DNA of 64,000 bases from TPA_inf: Saccharomyces (taxonomy: Eukaryota), in contig BK006941.2 of the NCBI GenBank assembly GCA_000146045.2, positions 1,026,941 to 1,090,940 on the forward strand, written 5' to 3'. The position numbers and the translations under genes are program-made. This document shows positions 56,981 to 64,000 of the stretch, in pieces (within the stretch, counting starts at the first letter, position 1; every line of letters starts with the position of its first letter). The notes beneath the pieces were generated by a model. That model searched no databases, was not told the DNA's origin, and saw only the letters and a list, made by a program, of their open reading frames with translations.

Positions 56981-57430
56981 TGATTTAGTGAGAATGGGCC
57001 ATGGAGTGGAGTGTGAGAGTAGGGTAACTTGAGATGGTATATACTGTAGCATCCGTGTGCGTATGCCGTATCAGTATACAAGTGAGGGTGAGTGTGGCAT
57101 GTGGTGGTGGGATTAGAGTGGCAGGGTAAGTATGTGTGTATTATTTACGATCATTTGTTAACATTTCAATATGTTGGGTAGAACAACAGTATAGTGAGTA
57201 ACAAGATGGGGCATGGTAGGGTAATGGCAGGGTAAGTGGTAGTGGAGTTGAATATGGGCAATTGGAGGGTAACAGGTGGTGGATGTGGGTGAGTGGTAGT
57301 AAGTAGAGAGATGGATGGTGGTTGGGGTGTGGTATAGTTGAATGAGACAGGGTAACTTGTGGGGAGGTAGGGTAATGGAGGGTAAGTTGAGAGACAGGTT
57401 AAATCATATATATGTCACTGTATTGCATGC
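56981..57430 (+). repeat. X-element subtelomeric repeats (STR) with Tbf1-type TAGGGTAA motifs
   Basis: TG-rich degenerate repeats: GGTAGGGTAATGGCAGGGTAAG, GGTAGGGTAATGGAGGGTAAG and GGTGGTGGATGTGGGTGAG. Several TAGGG(T) cores. No clean TG1-3 tract. Confidence 0.55.
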
Positions 57431-57923
57431 TGGATGGTGTTAGACAAGGCCGTAGGGACATATAGCATCTAGGAAGTAACCTTGTACGAAAATAGGCAAT
57501 ATTTCCTGTTTAGGCGATTGTGACGCAGATTTTAGTCCAACGATCTAGCGTCAAGGAATTTTTTTATAGTGGGACATTGCACCAAGGAAGTAACTTGATA
57601 CGTCGTGGGTGAATGGGTCTGTTTTCTTATTCGGCGGGGTAATACATTTTTGGGGGAAGTTTGTCTGTCTGACGCGCCATATGTAGGTACGCCAAAAAGG
57701 GCTCCTCTACTTCGAAGCGCGAGGTCGTATACCTAATAAGGAAATGTAATTTATAACTTTCTATTATATTGGTCTTTTCGAGAGCGGAAGAAGTTGTAGG
57801 CTAAGCGCAGGCTAAGCGTAGGTCCATATTTAAAGTATCCAAGAGAATATCCACGAAGCGGCTGAGCAACGAACAGAATCCTGGTTCTCCTCGACTAAGC
57901 AGATAGTTAAGATACTGTGCACC

Positions 57924-60900
57924 ATGGAAATTGAAAACGAACGTACGTACCGACTACTTTATTTTTGCAGGCCGGAAATCAAGCGATGAATGAGACATCC
58001 TTCTGCTTTCTATGTTGTGCTTGAAGGGGACAGACAGTCGCTTATCTTAGTGAGATTTCTTACTAACTGAATTTACTTTGCTGCTGCTAGAGATTTGCAC
58101 CTGCATAGCGCAGATTCTGCATCTTCTCAATAGCTTAATTATTACATTCTTAGATGATGATAAGACGGAAACTGGACAATCTTTTGTTTATATTGATGGA
58201 TTTCTTGTCAAAAAGCATAACAATCAACATACTATTGTTAATTTCGAAACTTACAAAAATAAAATGAAAGTTTCCGATAGGCGTAAGTTTGAAAAAGCAA
58301 ACTTTGACGAGTTTGAGTCGGCTCTAAATAACAAAAACGACTTGGTACATTGTCCCTCAATAACTTTATTTGAATCGATCCCCACGGAAGTGCGGTCATT
58401 CTACGAAGACGAAAAGTCTGGTCTAATCAAAGTGGTAAAATTCAGAACTGGTGCAATGGATAGGAAAAGGTCTTTTGAAAAAATTGTCGTTTCCGTCATG
58501 GTCGGGAAAAATGTACAAAAGTTCCTGACGTTTGTTGAAGACGAACCAGATTTCCAGGGCGGACCAATCCCTTCAAAGTATCTTATTCCCAAGAAAATCA
58601 ACTTGATGGTCTACACGTTGTTTCAAGTGCATACTTTGAAATTCAATAGAAAGGATTACGATACCCTTTCTCTTTTTTACCTCAACAGAGGATACTATAA
58701 TGAGTTGAGTTTCCGTGTCCTGGAACGTTGTTACGAAATAGCGAGTGCCAGGCCGAACGACAGCTCTACGATGCGTACTTTCACTGACTTTGTTTCTGGC
58801 ACACCTATTGTAAGGGGTCTTCAGAAAAGCACCATAAGGAAATATGGATACAATTTGGCACCCTACATGTTTTTGTTACTACACGTAGATGAGCTATCGA
58901 TTTTTTCTGCATACCAAGCAAGTTTACCTGGCGAAAAGAAAGTCGACACAGAGCGGCTGAAGCGTGATCTATGCCCACGTAAACCCACTGAGATAAAGTA
59001 CTTTTCACAGATATGTAACGATATGATGAACAAAAAGGACCGATTGGGTGATATTTTGCATATTATCTTGCGAGCATGTGCGCTCAATTTCGGGGCGGGT
59101 CCCCGTGGTGGCGCTGGTGACGAAGAGGATCGATCCATTACGAATGAAGAACCCATTATTCCCTCTGTGGACGAGCATGGCTTGAAAGTATGTAAGTTGC
59201 GCAGTCCTAACACTCCACGAAGACTCAGAAAAACACTAGATGCCGTGAAAGCTTTATTGGTGTCGTCTTGTGCTTGTACCGCAAGGGATTTAGATATATT
59301 TGATGACAACAACGGCGTTGCGATGTGGAAATGGATCAAAATTCTGTACCACGAAGTAGCGCAGGAAACCGCGCTGAAGGACTCTTATAGAATAACTTTG
59401 GTACCTTCTTCTGATGGTGTATCAGTATGTGGAAAACTGTTTAATCGCGAGTATGTCCGCGGCTTTTACTTTGCATGCAAGGCTCAGTTTGATAACCTTT
59501 GGGAAGAATTGAACGACTGCTTTTATATGCCTACAGTGGTTGATATTGCCAGCCTCATTTTGCGTAATCGAGAAGTTTTGTTCAGAGAGCCAAAGCGAGG
59601 AATTGACGAGTATCTGGAGAACGATTCTTTCCTTCAAATGATACCTGTTAAATATCGTGAAATTGTGCTGCCCAAGTTGAGAAGAGATACTAACAAAATG
59701 ACCGCGGCTCTTAAAAATAAAGTCACTGTTGCAATTGACGAGCTTACGGTGCCACTTATGTGGATGATCCATTTTGCCGTAGGATACCCTTACCGTTATC
59801 CAGAGCTTCAGCTACTCGCTTTTGCCGGTCCTCAGCGCAACGTATACGTCGATGATACAACAAGACGCATCCAACTGTACACTGATTACAACAAGAACGG
59901 TTCATCGGAGCCTCGACTTAAGACGCTTGACGGACTCACTTCAGATTACGTGTTTTATTTTGTCACTGTGCTAAGGCAAATGCAAATATGTGCGCTTGGT
60001 AACAGTTATGACGCTTTTAATCATGATCCTTGGATGGATGTGGTGGGATTTGAGGATCCAGATCAAGTAACAAATCGAGACATTTCGAGGATAGTTTTGT
60101 ATTCCTACATGTTTCTGAATACCGCGAAGGGCTGTCTGGTTGAATACGCAACTTTTCGGCAGTACATGAGGGAACTTCCGAAGAATGCACCTCAGAAGCT
60201 GAATTTTCGGGAGATGCGTCAGGGGTTGATTGCCCTAGGACGGCACTGCGTAGGTAGCAGATTTGAAACAGATTTGTACGAGTCGGCGACGAGTGAACTC
60301 ATGGCCAATCATTCCGTTCAAACAGGGCGAAATATTTACGGTGTGGATTCCTTTTCGTTAACTAGTGTCAGTGGGACGACCGCCACTTTATTGCAGGAAC
60401 GAGCTTCCGAGCGCTGGATTCAATGGTTAGGCCTTGAAAGCGACTACCATTGTTCATTCTCTAGTACTCGGAATGCGGAAGACGTAGTGGCAGGTGAGGC
60501 GGCGAGTTCAGATCATCATCAAAAAATTTCAAGAGTAACGCGAAAAAGGCCCCGAGAGCCCAAGAGTACAAACGATATCCTCGTCGCAGGCCAGAAACTC
60601 TTTGGCAGCTCCTTTGAATTCAGGGACTTGCATCAGTTGCGCTTATGTCATGAAATATACATGGCAGACACACCCTCTGTGGCAGTACAGGCCCCACCGG
60701 GCTATGGTAAGACGGAGTTATTTCATCTCCCCTTGATAGCACTGGCGTCTAAGGGCGACGTGAAATATGTGTCGTTTCTGTTTGTACCGTACACAGTGTT
60801 GCTTGCTAATTGCATGATCAGGTTGAGCCGATGCGGTTGCTTGAATGTGGCCCCTGTAAGAAACTTTATTGAAGAAGGTTGCGATGGCGTTACTGATTTA

Positions 60901-63651
60901 TACGTGGGGATCTACGATGATCTTGCTAGCACTAATTTCACAGACAGGATAGCTGCGTGGGAGAATATTGTTGAGTGCACCTTTAGGACCAACAACGTAA
61001 AATTGGGTTACCTCATTGTAGATGAGTTTCACAACTTTGAAACGGAGGTCTACCGGCAGTCGCAATTTGGGGGCATAACTAACCTTGATTTTGACGCTTT
61101 TGAGAAAGCAATCTTTTTGAGCGGCACAGCACCTGAGGCTGTAGCTGATGCTGCGTTGCAGCGTATTGGGCTTACGGGACTGGCCAAGAAGTCGATGGAC
61201 ATCAACGAGCTCAAACGGTCGGAAGATCTCAGCAGAGGTCTATCCAGCTATCCAACACGGATGTTTAATCTAATCAAGGAGAAATCCGAGGTGCCTTTAG
61301 GGCATGTTCATAAAATTTGGAAGAAAGTGGAATCACAGCCCGAAGAAGCACTGAAGCTTCTTTTAGCCCTCTTTGAAATTGAACCAGAGTCGAAGGCCAT
61401 TGTAGTTGCAAGCACAACCAACGAAGTGGAAGAATTGGCCTGCTCTTGGAGAAAGTATTTTAGGGTGGTATGGATACACGGGAAGCTGGGTGCTGCAGAA
61501 AAGGTGTCTCGCACAAAGGAGTTTGTCACTGACGGTAGCATGCGAGTTCTCATCGGAACGAAATTAGTGACTGAAGGAATTGACATTAAGCAATTGATGA
61601 TGGTGATCATGCTTGATAATAGACTTAATATTATTGAGCTCATTCAAGGCGTAGGGAGACTAAGAGATGGGGGCCTCTGTTATCTATTATCTAGAAAAAA
61701 CAGTTGGGCGGCAAGGAATCGTAAGGGTGAATTACCACCGATTAAGGAAGGCTGTATAACCGAACAGGTACGCGAGTTCTATGGACTTGAATCAAAGAAA
61801 GGAAAAAAGGGCCAGCATGTTGGATGCTGTGGCTCCAGGACAGACCTGTCTGCTGACACAGTGGAACTGATAGAAAGAATGGACAGATTGGCTGAAAAAC
61901 AGGCGACAGCTTCCATGTCGATCGTTGCGTTACCGTCTAGCTTCCAGGAGAGCAATAGCAGTGACAGGTGCAGAAAGTATTGCAGCAGTGATGAGGACAG
62001 CGACACGTGCATTCATGGTAGTGCTAATGCCAGTACCAATGCGACTACCAACTCCAGCACTAATGCTACTACCACTGCCAGCACCAACGTCAGGACTAGT
62101 GCTACTACCACTGCCAGCATCAACGTCAGGACTAGTGCGACTACCACTGAAAGTACCAACTCCAGCACTAATGCTACTACCACTGCCAGCACCAACGTCA
62201 GGACTAGTGCTACTACCACTGCCAGCATCAACGTCAGGACTAGTGCGACTACCACTGAAAGTACCAACTCCAACACTAGTGCTACTACCACCGAAAGTAC
62301 CGACTCCAACACTAGTGCTACTACCACCGAAAGTACCGACTCCAACACTAGTGCTACTACCACTGCTAGCACCAACTCCAGCACTAATGCCACTACCACT
62401 GCTAGCACCAACTCCAGCACTAATGCCACTACCACTGAAAGTACCAACGCTAGTGCCAAGGAGGACGCCAATAAAGATGGCAATGCTGAGGATAATAGAT
62501 TCCATCCAGTCACCGACATTAACAAAGAGTCGTATAAGCGGAAAGGGAGTCAAATGGTTTTGCTAGAGAGAAAGAAACTGAAAGCACAATTTCCCAATAC
62601 TTCCGAGAATATGAATGTCTTACAGTTTCTTGGATTTCGGTCTGACGAAATTAAACATCTTTTCCTCTATGGTATTGACGTATACTTCTGCCCAGAGGGA
62701 GTATTCACACAATACGGATTATGCAAGGGCTGTCAAAAGATGTTCGAGCTCTGTGTCTGTTGGGCTGGCCAGAAAGTATCGTATCGGAGGATGGCTTGGG
62801 AAGCACTAGCTGTGGAGAGAATGCTGCGAAATGACGAGGAATACAAAGAATACTTGGAAGACATCGAGCCATATCATGGGGACCCTGTAGGATATTTGAA
62901 ATATTTTAGCGTAAAAAGGGGAGAGATCTACTCTCAGATACAGAGAAATTATGCTTGGTACCTGGCCATTACTAGAAGAAGAGAAACAATTAGTGTATTG
63001 GATTCGACAAGAGGCAAGCAAGGGAGCCAAGTTTTCCGCATGTCTGGAAGGCAGATCAAAGAGTTGTATTATAAAGTATGGAGCAACTTGCGTGAATCGA
63101 AGACAGAGGTGCTGCAGTACTTTTTGAACTGGGACGAAAAAAAGTGCCGGGAAGAATGGGAGGCAAAAGACGATACGGTCTTTGTGGAAGCGCTCGAGAA
63201 AGTTGGAGTTTTTCAGCGTTTGCGTTCCATGACGAGCGCTGGACTGCAGGGTCCGCAGTACGTCAAGCTGCAGTTTAGCAGGCATCATCGACAGTTGAGG
63301 AGCAGATATGAATTAAGTCTAGGAATGCACTTGCGAGATCAGCTTGCGCTGGGAGTTACCCCATCTAAAGTGCCGCATTGGACGGCATTCCTGTCGATGC
63401 TGATAGGGCTGTTCTGCAATAAAACATTTCGGCAGAAACTGGAATATCTTTTGGAGCAGATTTCGGAGGTGTGGTTGTTACCACATTGGCTTGATTTGGC
63501 AAACGTTGAAGTTCTCGCTGCAGATAACACGAGGGTACCGCTGTACATGCTGATGGTAGCGGTTCACAAAGAGCTGGATAGCGATGATGTTCCAGACGGT
63601 AGATTTGATATATTATTATGTAGAGATTCGAGCAGAGAAGTTGGAGAGTGA
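57924..63651 (+). CDS. YRF1-3: Y'-encoded helicase Yrf1-3, spliced. Exon 1 is 57924..57942, exon 2 is 58091..63651
   Basis: ORF track starts at a TTG (58078). An upstream ATG at 57924 (MEIENE) is followed by a GTACGT 5' splice site, a TACTAAC branch point at 58061 and an AG at 58089-58090. The splice is in frame with the long ORF. Spliced product is 1859 aa. SF2 helicase motifs [10 protein letters not shown] (I) and LIVDEFHNF (II). Internal Thr/Ser-rich 12-aa repeats. Confidence 0.85.
57943..58090 (+). other. Spliceosomal intron of the Y' helicase gene (148 nt)
   Basis: GTACGT at 57943-57948. TACTAAC at 58061-58067. 3' TAG/AG ending at 58090. Reading frame is restored across the junction. 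Confidence 0.75.
62026..62457 (+). repeat. About 12 tandem copies of a 36-bp in-frame repeat inside the Y' helicase ORF
   Basis: Unit about ACTAGTGCTACTACCACTGCCAGCACCAACGTCAGG, encoding [12 protein letters not shown]. Variants are [24 protein letters not shown] and [13 protein letters not shown] 108-bp higher-order unit occurs twice. Confidence 0.85.
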
Positions 63652-63839
63652 AGGAAATTGTTGTTACGAAAGTCAGTGATTATGTATTGTGTAGTATAGT
63701 ATATTGTAAGAAATTTTTTTTTCTAGGGAATATGCGTTTTGATGTAGTAGTATTTCACTGTTTTGATTTAGTGTTTGTTGCACGGCAGTAGCGAGAGACA
63801 AGTGGGAAAGAGTAGGATAAAAAGACAATCTATAAAAAG

Positions 63840-63850
63840 TAAACATAAAA
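63840..63850 (-). promoter_or_regulatory. ACS of the Y' ARS
   Basis: Plus strand reads TAAACATAAAA. Its reverse complement TTTTATGTTTA matches the ACS at 11/11 and is identical to the X-core ACS. Confidence 0.5.
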
Positions 63851-63920
63851 TAAAGGTAGTAAGTAGCTTTTGGTTGAACATCCGGGTAAGAGACAACAGG
63901 GCTTGGAGGAGACGTACATG

Positions 63921-63950
63921 AGGGCTATTTAGGGCTATTTAGGGCTATGT
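63921..63950 (+). repeat. Three 10-bp repeats (AGGGCTATTT) giving two TTAGGG Tbf1-type motifs near the distal Y' end
   Basis: AGGGCTATTTAGGGCTATTTAGGGCTATGT. TTAGGG at 63929-63934 and 63939-63944. Confidence 0.6.
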
Positions 63951-64000
63951 AGAAGTGCTGTAGGGCTAAAGAACAGGGTTTCATTTTCATTTTTTTTTTT

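Larger units (their letters stand above)
57431..64000 (+). repeat. Long-class Y' subtelomeric element, truncated at the window end with no terminal TG1-3
   Basis: About 6.6 kb with the YRF1-type helicase ORF, internal 36-bp repeats, and a terminal ACS plus TTAGGG motifs. The window ends inside Y'. Proximal boundary approximate. Confidence 0.7.

Noticed and set aside
56763-57052. Minus-strand ORFs 56763-56957 and 56846-57052 (64 and 68 aa) in the X-core/STR region
   Set aside because: They lie inside telomere-associated repeat DNA with a skewed TG-rich composition. No coding evidence.
56981-57430. Internal TG1-3 telomeric tract between X and Y'
   Set aside because: The sequence is TG-rich but is interrupted by A-containing STR motifs (TAGGGTAAT, GGCAGGGTAAG). 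I did not see an uninterrupted TG1-3 run, so I did not annotate a telomeric repeat feature.
62026-62457. 36-bp direct repeats as a possible CRISPR array
   Set aside because: The repeats are contiguous with no spacers, lie in frame inside a eukaryotic coding gene, and the genome is yeast. This is a coding minisatellite, not a CRISPR array.
61925-62566. Three long ORFs (213, 207, 170 aa) on both strands inside the Y' 36-bp repeat array
   Set aside because: Products of the stop-free repeat unit read in other frames. Their predicted proteins are pure low-complexity repeats (VVALVLEL..., GSGSSTS...).
1-64000. Ty elements, solo LTRs (delta or sigma) and tRNA genes
   Set aside because: I looked for TGTTGGAATA and TGTTGTATCTCAAAATGAGATATGTCAGTATGACAATACG-type LTR termini and tRNA-like cloverleaf segments in intergenic regions and recognised none by eye. 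tRNAscan-SE and RepeatMasker would be decisive.

Overview
This window is nuclear DNA from Saccharomyces cerevisiae (budding yeast). Gene order, protein lengths and the terminal repeats match the last ~64 kb of the right arm of chromosome VII, from YGR270W to the end of the right telomere, TEL07R. It is not a prokaryotic locus. Evidence for yeast: compact single-exon genes on both strands, AT-rich intergenic DNA, and one intron with yeast GTACGT...TACTAAC...AG splice signals. From left to right the window holds 17 housekeeping genes, then the MAL1 maltose locus with its isomaltase neighbour, then subtelomeric family genes and telomere-associated repeats. The housekeeping genes are YTA7, SLH1, EFG1, YGR273C, TAF1, RTT102, RNH70, CAB4, CWC22, SCW4, PXR1, YOR1, BGL2, YGR283C, ERV29, ZUO1 and BIO2. 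The MAL1 block is IMA1, MAL13, MAL11/AGT1 and MAL12. The subtelomeric genes are PAU12 and COS6. The end structure is an X core element (ARS consensus plus Abf1 site), X subtelomeric repeats with TTAGGG-like motifs, and a long Y' element. The Y' element carries the intron-containing helicase gene YRF1-3 and an internal 36-bp coding tandem repeat. I found no evidence for a novel or undescribed system: every large ORF maps to a known yeast gene family. The most interesting details are listed as findings. The supplied ORF track uses non-ATG starts (TTG) for at least YOR1 and the Y' helicase. I corrected those two starts to ATG. All identifications are from memory and motif reading, not from a database search.
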